The translations under genes and the position numbers were made by a program. This document shows, one piece after another, positions 38,401 to 50,800 of a stretch of 64,000 nucleotides of DNA. Origin of the DNA: Phoronis australis (lineage: Eukaryota; Animalia; Phoronida); NCBI GenBank assembly GCA_002633005.1, contig NMRA01000443.1, positions 145,054 through 209,053 of the forward strand. The letters run 5' to 3'. How positions within the stretch are numbered: the first letter of the stretch is position 1; each line of letters begins with the position of its first letter. The notes beneath the pieces are model-generated. The model saw nothing but the letters and a program-made list of their open reading frames with translations. It did no database searches and was not told where the DNA came from.

Positions 38401-40198
38401 CTAATGAAAAACAATGAACTACACCTAAGCTGGCTTTTCTCAGATCCTGCTCAAAATAATCTTGTAGTTTGTTCTCTAATCTTCAAGTACGGTGTGATTT
38501 TAGCTCGCGGTCCCATCTCTTGGTCATTTTGGTAGTGGAGGGAGTCGACCGAGCATCAGGCATGAAGTCACGTGGGACACTGACTCTGTGTGACCTCGCA
38601 GGAAGTGAACGTGTTGGCAAGACAGAGGCCACAGGTCAACGTCTGGTGGAAGCAGCTGCCATTAATAAGTCACTGACCTCTCTTGGACAAGTAAGTATAC
38701 TAATAAGTTCTGTACCTCCCAAAGGTATACCTATGGGTTACAAGGGAGCTTTTTGACCCACCTGAGAATTTAAAAAACAACAAACTAAGACAGTGCTATG
38801 AGGTTAAATATGACAGACCTATTGGTTGTATTAAGTATTTTGGAATTAACAAAACTTAATTCTTCTCAGGGTTCTTGCTGACCATAGGGGAAGGACGGGT
38901 ACCTGTGCCTTATGAGGGAATTTTTTTGGTTTAGGGGGGAATATCCCCCCAGCCCCCGTTCAGTGCCAATTTAACCTCGTAATGCCTCAGTTTGTCAAAA
39001 CTAATGTTTTGCAGATGTGATTCTAACCTTGGTGGAATTTTTTAATCATTGGAGGGGAATATTTGGGTCTACATTTGGGAATTTTGAGTGATTTTAATTA
39101 TTTTTCTTAGAGGAATGGGGCTGTGCCGATATTAAGCCCCAAAGTCGAGGCATTGAGGACTCTGCTTCTGGAACATAGAATGCTTACAGTAAAACGTGAC
39201 CTTGTGCAGTAATAAGAAAGACGCTAGAGTCGCATATCATCAGTTGGTTTCACTGCAATTTACCCCTCACCATCACTTAACCTTACCATTCCTTAGGTGT
39301 TCTCATCCTTACGATCTGGTCAGCTACATGTGCCGTACAGGAACTCAAAGCTGACCCACATCTTACAACCATCACTAGGGGGCGATGCAAAGGTAACTGT
39401 GTGTTCACAAATTAGCTATTGTGCTAAGTGTCTCTCAATGGTCAAATGTCAGCTCTGAGGTTTTAATACATACTGTATGTTCTATTCTCCTTTTAAGTGG
39501 CTGTTTAGATTCACCTAGACACTTAGGGCAGTTATGGAGTCTAGACTATGACATGGGCTGTTCAGTACTGAAATAAGTGGGGTAGGGGGTGGCTATGGCC
39601 CCCAGCCCCCCCCCCACATGATGTGGGGTAATATGTAATGCCCTCCAAAATGGTGACATTCCACAGTGTTAATTTGGTCCATCTCAAGTTCCTTCCAGAT
39701 TGATTTCTAGAAGGGGTTACAGGTGTCGTAGAACATTGTCCATATAGTGAGAAAATGGCATTGATAATTGTAGCAATGATAGTAAAACAGTGGACATTCA
39801 AAACATTGTTAGAAGCCTTAGGAAAATAGAAACGGGTCAAATATGGCAATTGTGAGATTTACCATAATATACTTTGGAGTGAGCAATTGGGGCTGGTGTC
39901 ATATAGATTGAGTTACTTAATTTTTCTCTTTCTGTTTGTGTGGTACTTATTTTAAATTCAATTCGAAGCACTATTTGCACTTCTTCATTCATTCTTACTT
40001 TTGTTTGATTAACAACAATGTCTTTTCAATCTGTAACGTGTGACCGTTTTTCTTCAGGCCTGTTTATTTGTGATGGTGAGTCCTGCAGAAAGTAACCTGT
40101 CCGAGACAATCAGTACATTGACGTTTGGCTCCAATGCACGACAGGTACAGCTGGGGCAAGCCAAGGCTAATGTAGAGAAGAGAGTGAAGAAGAAGTGA
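18763..40198 (+). CDS. Kinesin-14 family C-terminal motor protein (KIFC3-like motor) with extended N-terminus, ~891 aa, 21 coding exons
   Basis: Exons read by phase-consistent GT-AG splicing: 18763-18940, 19450-19568, 20402-20503, 21206-21274, 23461-23607, 23832-23945, 29513-29621, 30248-30342, 30528-30599, 30823-30921, 32308-32448, 33123-33260, 34111-34284, 34689-34808, 35909-36079, 36371-36507, 37045-37195, 37424-37539, 38504-38690, 39297-39392, 40058-40198 (2676 nt total). Motifs: neck [23 protein letters not shown]-loop [10 protein letters not shown], switch I MNSQSSRSH, switch [29 protein letters not shown]. Motor exons are firm; linkage of the 5' exons is inferred. Confidence 0.88.
21830..23278. 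mobile_element. Kolobok-type DNA transposon, internally deleted, in kinesin intron 4
   Basis: TTAA TSD (21826-21829, 23279-23282), termini AGGAGAA...TTCTCCT and ~160-bp imperfect TIRs. Minus-strand THAP relic (VCVKHFLP...LLIPSSAPS, ~22780-22900) faces a plus-strand relic (FEPEFS...[15 protein letters not shown], 22140-22350). Confidence 0.8.
26383..26412. repeat. (ACT)n microsatellite
   Basis: About 10 ACT units. Confidence 0.9.
27310..27490 (+). pseudogene. pogo/Tigger-like transposase C-terminal fragment
   Basis: [37 protein letters not shown] resembles the G.LR.P...V..WV..AW..I....V..SF..CG end of DDE_1 transposases. Confidence 0.6.
27700..27950 (-). pseudogene. Possible MULE transposase fragment
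   Basis: [15 protein letters not shown]...EQVF resembles the MULE IP.VYCLL..K...Y..LF segment; heavily decayed. Confidence 0.35.
29168..29258. repeat. 16-bp minisatellite (TGTCTGTCTGTTCTCA)n, ~5.5 copies
   Basis: Direct reading of the tandem units. Confidence 0.9.
29604..29758 (+). repeat. 45-bp tandem repeat (~3.5 copies) spanning the kinesin exon 7 splice donor
   Basis: Unit TGACTGTTGGGGATCAAAGTAAGTTCTTTTGTATAGGTCACAACC; the first three copies contain AAA|GTAAG. Confidence 0.92.
30975..31147. repeat. 20-bp minisatellite (GCAACTTGACTAGTTGCCAT)n, ~8.5 copies
   Basis: Near-perfect tandem array; each unit is partly palindromic (GCAACT..AGTTGC). Confidence 0.95.
32590..32700 (-). mobile_element. 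tRNA-derived SINE copy
   Basis: GATTCGAACC (reverse B-box), CTAGGTCA (reverse A-box-like) and the shared body CTAGA.ACC.GACTCAAGGG with the 42578-42690 copy. Confidence 0.7.
33282..33652. repeat. 28-bp minisatellite (CACTGGTGTAGTGTCAATGTTACTGTGC)n, ~13 copies
   Basis: Direct reading; alternating variant units. Confidence 0.95.
34410..34615. repeat. 24-bp AT-rich minisatellite (TCTGTTATTGTTATTAGTATCACA)n
   Basis: About 8 degenerate copies; explains four overlapping spurious ORFs. Confidence 0.9.
36680..36870. repeat. ~53-bp diverged tandem repeat, ~3.5 copies
   Basis: GTGGTCTGGATGTCACATTGGAATAGATCATCTGTATGGACTGTGCTCTACC variants. Confidence 0.8.
37727..37892. repeat. ~58-bp tandem repeat, 3 copies
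   Basis: ACCACCCACTGAACGATACTTATTCCTT...GTTGGGATT..GAATAG repeated three times. Confidence 0.85.
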
Positions 40199-40502
40199 TT
40201 TGTGCTGATAATGGCTGTGTTGAGATATCTATGAGTCTTTAACAACACTGGCCTTCCACACCAATGGTAATGCTTCATCACTATTGGGAGTGTCGGTCAA
40301 TGTGAAACGTTAACCTTGGTCTTGGATTAAAGTTAATTTGGCAGGAAACTGGTGGATTTAACAGCAGAGCGTTGATGTTTTGATGAGATGTCTTGGCAGT
40401 TATCAACAGGTGTCGCTACTTCTAATGGCATATGTTTTGTTATTTTATACTCTTTTCAATTTCACCACTATATGTGCTGGTTTACATTTAGTGTACATGG
40501 TG

Positions 40503-40771
40503 TACAGTGCCAGACAAATGTAATCAAACAAATTACCGTTTTCCTGTCATGGCAGCAAATTCTTTTTACATAAAAAATTACTGGTAATACCCATTAAGAT
40601 GTCAAAATTCTAATTACAGAATGACTTAGTCACCTTACTAATGGTCTTGTTAATTCTCATTCATTCTCAGTCATCAGGGGAGACTACTCTCACACTCAAT
40701 ATGGCTTCCACCTAACTCCTTTGATAGGCATTTCCGGGTCATTTCGTCTAAATACTTATGGTTTGTACTGT
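40503..40771. mobile_element. Tc1/mariner-like MITE (same family as 55329-55734)
   Basis: TA-CAGTG left end and TTGTACTG right end; the internal TCTAATTACA.AATGACTTAG and CATTCTCAGTCAT..GGG.AGACTAC are shared with 55570-55680. Confidence 0.6.
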
Positions 40772-42577
40772 GCATGTAATATTTCAAATGCGTAACTTTT
40801 TTGCTGTGCCATCTGGCGATTACTTTGAATACCTGAGAATCAATAACTGATAACTTCTGTGTCCATTACGTGTCAAAGCCCATCTGAAGTTCAACTAACG
40901 TCGCAGTTTACATGGATGGGCCCCTTGTATCATAGTTATGTTTGATTGATAGGACTTTAAAGTTTTGCGTTCTTAGGAATCTGAAAGAGTTACTACTGCT
41001 AAATTTGATGTTACGCAAAGTTGTTAGAGATTTGGCCCAGGGAGTGTGCAGAGCTTTCCCAACATCAGCGCCACACTGTGGCTGTCTCATTTCTTGCAAC
41101 CATTGTTTAAAAATTCCGAGTTGCAATCTGAATGGTATCACAGAACAGAGTTTTTATCAAAGATTAAATACACACGTAATGATATTTAGTACTAGTGAAA
41201 TTAGTCAACTTTTTATTTACTTCAGGTAAAATTGCACCATTGTCGTGGTGATTCAGTGTTCTAAGTAATGAACTCTTCTTGGCCAATGAGAAAACTTTCA
41301 GAACACACCTGGGCTTCAGGGAGGGTAATGTCAAACGTATTTGACAGAACTTGCGCTATAAATATAATGACCGTTAACTTTGTAATTGAAACCTGCGTCT
41401 CAAGATTAAGTGGCTTTGTGCTTTTACTCACAGAAAGACTCATTGTTATCATCAGTGTACAGCTGGGCTGTCATTGTGAACTTGATTTGAATTTAGACTT
41501 AAATGCTGTTTAATTTTACTTTATATTTCTATTGTGTATGTGAACTTTTGTGTGAATTTATATATTATTACAGTCACTAAATGGACATTGTGATTCTTGC
41601 TATTCTAACCATTTTTAGTATAATTTTTGTTGTACACTTCTTAAAGCCTTTATTTTTATATGGTGTATTTTCCTTCATGAAAATATTTTGTTTGTTATTA
41701 TTTATTATTAGTGTATATTGGCGAGCCTAGTTTGAATTAGTCATATGTCTCAATATTTTGGGTTTTCAAAGTGTTGAATTTCCAATTGCAATTATTTCTT
41801 TTTGCATTAAAAAGGGACCAATGTCTCTTCATGTTGATTAACAAGTGTGTAAAGGTTTATGAACAATTGCTCTTATTATAAAACAACAAAAGTATGTTAT
41901 GCGTCTTCTAAAATGACATTGAAATACATTTGACACTTCTCTGTGGAACAGTTGTTGTTATGCCACCTGAGAAAAAAGTGCAACAGTAGTGTTATGTCAG
42001 TGAAGGTCATCAGTGTTCCATAGATACTTAAGACATAGTTACAGAAAAATTATAAATCGCTGCTGGGCTTGCTCAAGAATTTTAAGCAACATTCCGTCTG
42101 TCTGTCCATGGCTTCTGTTTCAAGCTTCTGCAACACAAGTTGATGTCCGTCCATCTTTAGACAAACAGTGGGAAAATTAGGGCAAAATCTAGACCACTCA
42201 TGTGAGACTTGTTATCCGTTTTTTCTTTGTTAAAGTCGTTCCGATGACCTGTTCATTCAACTGTCACTTGTTGAATAACTCCTGCAGTCAGCGCTAATCT
42301 CACTTTTGCTCAGTGTCTATGTGCAACCCTGGGACCTGTGTTGTAAAATTTTCCTTTATTTTAAAGTCTTTATCGTTAGCATGCTGTCAACGGAAGTGTT
42401 CAACAATGCAGTGTGACATGTGATGGCGCTGTTGTAAAATGTTCAATGACAATTCATAAAATAGAACGACTAGCGATCTGGTGCATGTTGTACCAGACAT
42501 GCGCAGGCTGCTCACGTGGACTCATTGTACTGATCACCTGGAATCATTTATGCTTTAATAATATATAGAAAATGAAG

Positions 42578-42690
42578 TGAGGAGCTAGATACCCGACTCA
42601 AGGGTCTAGTAGTGTGCACTAGTGGGACTTGAACCCACAAACTTGAGTACAGGAAGCTGATGCCTATTCCACTAGGCCGCATTGCTCACA
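42578..42690 (-). mobile_element. tRNA-derived SINE copy
   Basis: The reverse strand reads GGCCTAGTGG (A box) ... GGTTCAAGTCCC (B box) ... CTTGAGTCGGGTATCTAGCTCCTC. Confidence 0.7.
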
Positions 42691-43172
42691 CCAGTGTTGC
42701 ATGGTGTGCGGCTACCTTAATACTCTGTCATACCAGCGTAGTTCACTATATAATCTTGGAAACAACAAAAAGTGAGTGAGAACTGACTGGTAAGCCTTGT
42801 ACAGTTTCAATCTGAACCTCATGAATGGTGTCGTGCTATGGGCATGTTATTTGCCAAAATTGACATTTTCCTCATGCCACAAGACGTTTCATCGAGGTAA
42901 TAAGACGGGCGCAGACATTTTGTGACAGGACCTTGACATGCTTTACAAGAATGTAAACGATGTTTTAAGAGTGAAATGTTCTAATTCAGGAAAATAAAAT
43001 ATGACTTTATACAAAGCAATGGTGCTTATTATTTACAAAATGATTATCGTCCATGCACCAAGAACCTATAACCATGGTATCCCTTCTCTCTGAACTGTCC
43101 CAAAGATGGCGCTGGTGTCTAGTATTGTGGGGCAATCTCCAAGTAGCCACAGCAGATGTTTTATTCAATCTC

Positions 43173-45766
43173 TTAATGGCTGCCGTGATTTTGTTTGTAT
43201 ATGGCTGTAGTTATTCCTTCGTGATTTTTCACTAAAATGTTTCTGAAATATAATTTTCAAAGTTAGTATTATGAGATAGAGCATCACTAAATTTAGAACT
43301 GGTAAACATTCGCATTACCAGCATGTTTAAAAAAATTGTGTTGCCTTACAATGACCACGTTATATTTTTGAAACCAGGCTTAATAACATATCAAAAATTC
43401 CTAAGTCTTATTTTTGATAGCACCACCTCCAAAATTGGATCACTTTGAAAACAACTAACAGCATTTCGAAGAACAGTGCATAAAGTATACATAGTGTCTA
43501 AGTTTTAAATGAATACCATAAAACCTTTTTGAAATATAATATTCCAAATTTCGCTTTTTTTCTAAATTCTAGGGTACTACCACCCTCTGATTTCTAGTTA
43601 GTCCTAGGTTGTAATCCAGGAACGTAGTTACAGCTGGGGTGCGACTGCATTTATTTGTTTCCATGCACTGTTCTTGTAAAAACAAAATTAGACCTAAGGT
43701 AATGAGCACCTCTCGACACAACTTCACAAGACAACTACACTAACTTACATGTTATCAGACTCCACACAGATGACAGGCTGTGGTTCATCCTGACCTCGTG
43801 GAAGCTGATTGGCTAGTTCTGTTAGTCTCACTAGGAGTCCACTTGAGGATGAGGCTGCTATTCCTTCTGCTGAAATGGGACAAGACCAAACTACTGTTAT
43901 AGCAGGGGGGGATAATCCTGTTTTATGTAATTTAATAGTTTACTGTTTTTTCTATTTCGGACAAGAGCTGAAAACTATACTGGTCTAAATTCAGACACCA
44001 TTTGATTTTTGATTGCATTCCATAACATATTTTACAATCAATTTTGGTTTGGAATCTTTAGTGTTTTGTGTTTACAACAAACGAAATCTAAAATCCTCTC
44101 GAGATAACAACAAAACATGAAGAAAGTACCCGGGAATAGCAAATTTTGAGCAATGCACCTAAAGGCCAGAAATCATTGCCGACGTCAAAATAAAGTAAAA
44201 CAAATCAAGTTAGCAATTAGAGTATTTGATTGACCATTGCAAACTGCAAACACATCATTCAGGGAATATCAATAGACAAGAGACAAGAGTGGTTTTCAAA
44301 TACAGATATCTAGCGTATTGCAAGACATTCCCAGCAATCTTTTGCCTATACATACTAATACATAAAGGCCAGTTACCAAACCATGCTTCAACAAATTTAC
44401 TAACAACACAGTTGTTCTGCTCTATACAAAAGGAGCTTGACCATGCAATGCTCCCGACATTTTGACTGGATGACTTGTAGTACTGATTGACTGTAGTTCT
44501 TATACATCTCTACAGACAAAGCATAAGGGACCTTAGAATGGCGAAAGATTCTAACGAATAAATGACACGTTCACGGTGTACAGGCACATCCCCTGACAAG
44601 AGTCATTAGACATAAATGTTTCGTTACTTTAAAAAGGAAAGCGAAGTTTTTAGTTGACTGATTTTCAATGTTATTGTTTCGCTCGCCTTTATTGACTTAA
44701 CAATATGCAAAGGGAGTGAAATGTCTACCAAGTAAAAGGCCCAAATCTAAGAGTTACTTCTGTATTCAATGGCATTGAGCAAATGCATTGACTAAATTAA
44801 TGCAGATCACCAGTTTGAGTAAGCGATTGTGTTTACACAATGGAAGTGAGTTCCAATGATTTCCATAACTATTACGTAATATTTCTCAGTCACTGAAAAA
44901 TGTCTAAGTTAATGGATTTTGCAAATGTAATTTCAAAAACGTTTTAGTTGCACTTAAAGTCCTTCATATAGGTCTCCCTTTTGTTCTCGTTGAACAATGT
45001 CAATTCACCTCCTAGACACAAGCCTTGGCTGTCTGCACATAGTGCACCAATGACACCTGGTGTGGCCGTCCTGAAACGAGCAAAACAAGGATTGTAATTA
45101 CAACGACTGACAGCAAAACATCTGACAGAAAATGCCACGTAGCTTACTCATCAAAGTCACCTGCTATCGGAAGATTCGAGAGAAAGGACGCAACTGCCTC
45201 TCTACACATCTCCTATCAACTGCCACATGCGAGTAAATCAGTGATCATTTTGTGTATACTTGGGTAGCTGAAATTTATCTCCAGAATACAGAGATAGCTT
45301 TCCTGCAAAAAATATTTGTCTTTCCTATCAGTAAAGACAAAAATTGTCAGCATAAATGGTTCTGGTCTGCGTTTGACTCATTTTTAAGCCGCTGCTTCAC
45401 TGATAAAATAAAGTGCTTATGCCCCGCCTGCCTCACTTTTTATAGTGAAGTTCTTTTTTGTTTCCCTTAAAGATAATTTTGTTAACTAGAGGCATGGCAA
45501 ATTATGCTAACTCCTTCATGATTAAAAACAAATTTCACTTGTCAATACCATAGCTCCCTTACTTAGAAACTGGATGTCCCAGGCAATCAGTGAATGTTTA
45601 TCGTTGGGTTGGTGAACTACAGCCCAGACAGAAAGGTGATTTTTCACATCAAAGCGAATGAAAACGACAAAGTGACTTTTGAAACAAACAGTCTGTTAAT
45701 TGCACGCCAACAATAACGCGGGAAATCTTACAATCCTTCCAAATGCTGGTGAAGGTGCGTTTCCAT
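43173..45766 (-). CDS. LAMTOR5: Ragulator complex protein LAMTOR5 (HBXIP), 95 aa, 4 exons
   Basis: Exons 45766-45732, 45070-45009, 43869-43749 and 43242-43173, all GT-AG and phase-consistent. Protein METHLHQHLEGLTATPGVIGALCADSQGLCLGAEGIAASSSSGLLVRLTELANQLPRGQDEPQPVICVESDNINILVKNHEGITTAIYKQNHGSH follows the LAMTOR5 pattern (GVLC.DSQGL.LG; PVVCLESDNGNI.I.KHDGITVAVHK). Confidence 0.95.
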
Positions 45767-45769
45767 CTT

Positions 45770-46140
45770 TCCGCTATGGCGTAAAAATCACATGACCTTC
45801 CTCTTCCGTTACGGAAGTAACACAAAACTAAGCTTATTTTTTGTAGTTAAATTTGTGTAACGAGATAGAGTTGATTTTTATGTTATAGATGAACTAGTTT
45901 ATGATATTAATATTTTTCTAAAAGTATATAATAAGTGAATAACTTCAAAATGAAGACCAGTAAGAGCATAATGTAAAACTTCTGTATTGGTTTTTCATGA
46001 CATGCACCAACAAATAAGTGGTCGACAAGAGAAGTCATCTGGAGCATTATTCCGCATTAATTACTCACTCGTGTTGCTTTTTGGCGTCTTGAGACTGTCC
46101 TGTTTGCATATGTTGTCAGCAATGTGTTGAATGTGGTGAG
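45770..46140. promoter_or_regulatory. Probable bidirectional promoter for LAMTOR5 and the F-box/WD40 gene
   Basis: Palindromic ETS-like CTTCCGTTACGGAAG at ~45802-45817 just upstream of the LAMTOR5 ATG, and a YY1-like ATGGCG at 45776. A plus-strand donor GTG|GTGAGT at ~46136 marks a likely non-coding first exon of the F-box gene. Confidence 0.55.
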
Positions 46141-46399
46141 TTTTACTTTTGATTTTATTAGATCGACGCAGTTTAATAATCGGCCTTGATCATCGGCACT
46201 CTGTCTCTGGTCATTGATTTATTTTACTATTTATACTACAGTACTGTCTACTAAGTGAATGCAGTAGCCATAGATATGCAGGCGGTTTGCTGATAGCTTG
46301 TCCGACCTAATGAATTTCATACACCAGAAGGTTTTCTGCAGATTACGCTTGAGCCTATGAAACACACACCGTCACATTTCTAGTACAATGTCTCCCTTA

Positions 46400-46570
46400 T
46401 GATTGTATGCATGTGGAGGCAGTAGATGAAGGTCATCCAATTATCATTCCAATAAATAGGACATATTACAGGAAGAAGACATTCTTTCCTAGAACAGTCA
46501 CGGACTGGAATAGCTTGCTGGGCTGGATTACATCAGCCCCTTCTCTTGTCATCTTTGACAGCAAGCTGTA
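46400..46570 (+). mobile_element. Non-LTR retrotransposon (CR1/L2/RTE-like) 3' end fragment
   Basis: Translates KTFFPRTVTDWNSL, the SFFPRT..DWN.L motif typical of LINE ORF2 C-termini. Confidence 0.7.
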
Positions 46571-47017
46571 GACTACCTTCCTGAAGACCTGCAGTAACTT
46601 AGTCGGTTGCCTCCATGTGGGGGCACCCGCTTACTGTCTAACCTATCTGTAAATGACCTACCTATGTTCACTGTATCTCTGAAGTGATATCCACTATGTA
46701 TATATTTTTAAACTTGTTATAGTTGTTTCTTTCTTTGTTGTTCTTCATTGTTGTACAGTGACATAATCTTACTAAGGAAAGAGTGTGGTCACTTTAATCA
46801 AGGAGAAGAGGAAGCCTTTTTCATTCCAGCTTTAAAAAATACTCCCACATTTTTTTCTTATAGGCCTTTGTTACATCATCAAAATTTTAAGCTGAGATAT
46901 TTTAGTTGTGATTGCATCGCTGTGCATATCTATAGCAGGTATGTTTACAAAATCATGATGAGGTCGACCTCCATGACCTCATGCTGGTGTGAACCAATCA
47001 TTGACGCATAATCTGGT

Positions 47018-47120
47018 ATCAGGGTCTCTACTCCCGTATTAGGGTCTCTACTCTCACACCAGGGCCTTTATTCTCATAACAAGGTCTCTACTCTCATACC
47101 AGGGCCTCTACTTTCGTACT
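47018..47120. repeat. 20-bp minisatellite (AGGGTCTCTACTCTCATACC)n, ~5 copies
   Basis: Degenerate tandem units. Confidence 0.8.
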
Positions 47121-47822
47121 TCAAGCAAAATTACATTTGTCAAAGATTTCGTTTATAATTGAACAGACATATCAGAAAGAAATCTTAACACTTAGAAAGT
47201 ATTTAAAAATACTATATGTTAAAATTTCTTTCTGATTTTGTTTGAGTTGGAAAGATTAAAGACATTGAAGTTCTCTTAAGGTGTCCTATGTTTGAAAGGC
47301 ACTAGTAGCGACGTCGCTTAGCCAGTGTGTGACCTAATTAGCTGAAACATTAGTCACTTTCAGTGGTGTGTGATTTTAAAAACCATTTTCCTCTGTGTAA
47401 GATCGTGCATTTTTCAGATATTGCTTGGTTCAAGTCAGGAACCCCTGGAGTGGCTGCAAACCCCTCCTTCTGTCACAAACACCAGGTTTGGATTGGGGTA
47501 ATAGTCTGAAATCATTCCTTAGTCAAATTAGAAGTGATTTCATGGCTTCGAAAGAACTACTCTTATGAAATTTCAGGCCACATCAGAAATTACCTCTAAA
47601 CTGATTAAGGATCAAGGTAAGACCGGTGTTATTTGGTAAGTGATGAAATCAAAACTTGGTTCTTTGATGGTAGGCACAGGCTGAATGCGGCTATAAGTGA
47701 TGCTGACCTTCGTAAAGACAAGGCCTACTTCAAGAGGCAGTGGTAATAGAAAAGACCGTTGTGGTTTGAAATAGCTCTTATCACTCTTTAATGGTTTCTT
47801 TTTGCTTTTAGACCAGGGCACC

Positions 47823-50800
47823 ATGGAAGAATCACTTAGCCAATCAGATGAAGGTAGTCAAAGTCTGGTGGAGTCAGATGGGTCTAACCCGCCTCATAAG
47901 AAGCAAAAATCTTATAACAGTGACAGTGATTCATCCTCGAAGAGTGTGAAGAAAAAGAGACTCCGTCCATACATGAAAAGTGCTTCAGCCAATGAGCTGG
48001 GTAACCTGGTTAACAGCATTGGTGAAAATTTTAGTCCTGACTGCCTTGATTTGAAAGAGAATTTATCAGACTGCATTATGACTGCCAATCTAGAAAATGT
48101 GACTGAATCTGTTCGTAAATCGGTGCTTTATCGAAATTGTGAAATTGATGAGAAAACTTGTTTAAAACCAAGCGAGGCCATGCGACTGTTTCAAGAAATG
48201 GATGCTGCTGTCAACAGGGGACGTGCTAAGAAACGTAAATGGCTGACGAGCACAAAAACACACACCAACTGGAGTAAAGGGCATTCTGACCGTACTAAAT
48301 CTAAAAGCACCGGGGAATTATGGGCCTTGTCACGCAGTCCATCTCTACCAGTGGATGAAACTAAACAATGTGACTGCTTTGAGTACTGTGAATGTTTTGG
48401 TCATCGTAAAAGTTTGATACGAAGTAAGTCATTAAGCTGTCTAAATGTGTCGGATCTCATGCCTTTTTCTGTCATGGAGAGTATGCCAAAGACCAAATCT
48501 GGGGGCAACTTATTTCAATCAGAGTACAAGCCAATGTCACCTGCTTCAGTTAGCATACGTCCTCCTGCTCAATCAAGCTGTAAGTTTCAAAAGGACTGCC
48601 GCCACCTGGGTTATTGTGATGGACTGCTGCAGGCTAAGTCGACATCAACCAATCAGATTTGTGATTGTAGCAAACAAACAGTGTACAGAACAAGTCGCCG
48701 GCGTAGCACTGGGCTGGATGGCGTCAGTCCAGAAATGTTTGTGGACCAAAAGCAGGTAAACACTTGACTGTTAGTAAACAAAGGTCAGGGCAGGTTGTCT
48801 TCTTGAAAGAGTACGATAGTTGTCGTATGGGTGAATTTTGATTGTAATATTTCATTGAATTTGGCATGCCCACCTGATCTAAAACAAAGATTCAGTTTCT
48901 TGAGGTACATTTCTCAGTAGTCTTCTGAAAGAGGAAAACCAGAGTGAGATTTAACTTGAGTTTTTCTCTGCCAAAAAGAAAGCATAGTTGATTCTGCTTT
49001 GTACCCCGACTCGTTTTGAAACCTGTGCTAACTCACAATAAAAAATGCACTCACCGACCAATAATGCCCGCCTAAGTCAGTTTCAGCCATTGTCTGGGTT
49101 TTTTGAAACGCTACACAAAAGCAGGAATAAGCTATGTTTTAGGCGTCAAAATTTGCCTAGCAATGAGCAAACAACTAATCTCACATCATTTGCTCTTCTC
49201 CAGTTGATTTTCTTTTTTTTAAATACTGCACTACTGACTTTGATTTTCAAGAAAACACCGACCAGAGCCAATTATGGTTTTTAGCCTAATTTTGGATGGC
49301 TTAATGAAGATGTGACTGTCAATTAGTGATTCTCAATTTTTTATTTGTTGTTAATAGTGTGGTTTAAACTGTAGTGACTGGTCATACAAGAATGTTGTGC
49401 CACTTTATGCTGGGTTTTGTTGTTTTTGCAGAGCATCAAGAAGTGGTTCTCAGATTTTAATCATGAACAAAAGAATCTCATTTTGAAAGAAATCCTGGTG
49501 GGTATATCAACTTGTTTTTGTTCAGTTTCCCAAATAAGTCTGTCGGCTGCTGATTAATCACTTTCCTGGTTGACTATTTAAAATTTCCTGGTTCGTGAAG
49601 TTGCAGTATTATTTATTTAAACCTCAGTTCCAGAAATTAAAACATTTTCTGCTAGTATTCCATTTAAATTAATTTGTCAGTTTGCTTCAAAATTTTATGA
49701 ATGTTTACTTTTTCAGGAGTTATGCGACATGCCACAGATTCACCTGCTGTCAATCAAAATGGAGCCACGCCTTCACCATGGATGCCCTCCCAATTGTGAA
49801 GACATAATAACGTGGTTGCCAAGTCATCTCTCATTGTACATATTCTCATTTTTAGACCCAGGCAAGTCATAACTTTTGTTTTCATAAAATTTGTATCTGA
49901 ATATTTTTTTGAGTATCACCATTCACAAAAGTCACCTCGGGTAGTTTAGGTTTTGGCTCTAACTGTGATGAACTAGGAACTGATACACAAATTAAGCTGC
50001 AATAAAAACATATCCGAGAACTCACTACAATATTTCTCCCTGTGTTCTGGCTCCCTCTAACTGGGAATTGATGACCTACTAATTTCCAGGAAAATTGCAT
50101 CGCCCTTTTCTGGGGTTCCGTGACCTTGAATTGCCTATGAATTTTATCATTCACATGACACTGGTAGCATGTTTGGATTTGGATTTGCAATACCAATGAT
50201 AATTTTTTAGGGAATTGAGCAAGACTTACATTTTTTAATTGTGTTAATTTTTTATCTAAAGCAAAATTTATTTTCAATCCTCCATGAAATCATCAATGAT
50301 TAGGTAAATTATTTGTTTCTTTTTCAACATGATTTTTGCAGAACATTGATTTTTCATTCAGAATTAGGTATTCAGTACGAGTCCACACTACGAGTTACCC
50401 TACTAGTAGCTCGTTTCCATTCAGCCAAGCATCCACTCTACACACCTACACCTTGTGACAGATATATTGCAAAATGGACTAGACATCTGTATGTTTTCAA
50501 CTGAGCAAGCACTTAGGTGGTAATCGTCTCTGTTTCGTCAGCATGTCTGTGTCCAAACTACGACTTGTGCTGGGGAAAGTTACCCTAGGTGGGTTGAGTT
50601 GTCACATGTTTGTCAAGTTGCTGCAGCACAAAAACTATCCACAGCACTATTAAACCTAGTGACAACTTGTTTCTGGGAGTAACTCATGGTGTGAACAGCA
50701 CTTAAGTCTCTGAACTCTGCTTTGTTTTTTCAGTCAGTTTGTGCCATTGTCAATCTGTCTGTCGAGCATGGAAACAGCTGGCGTCAGAGCCTTGTTTGTG

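Noticed and set aside
42051-42155. Short minus-strand frame MDGHQLVLQKLETEAMDRQTECCLKFLSKPSSDL*
   Set aside because: No homology recognised, and LAMTOR5 already has a complete terminal exon with a nearby AATAAA.
47802-48767. 321-aa ORF as a stand-alone gene
   Set aside because: It is bounded by acceptor (47811) and donor (48756) sites in phase with the F-box exons, so it is treated as an exon of that gene.
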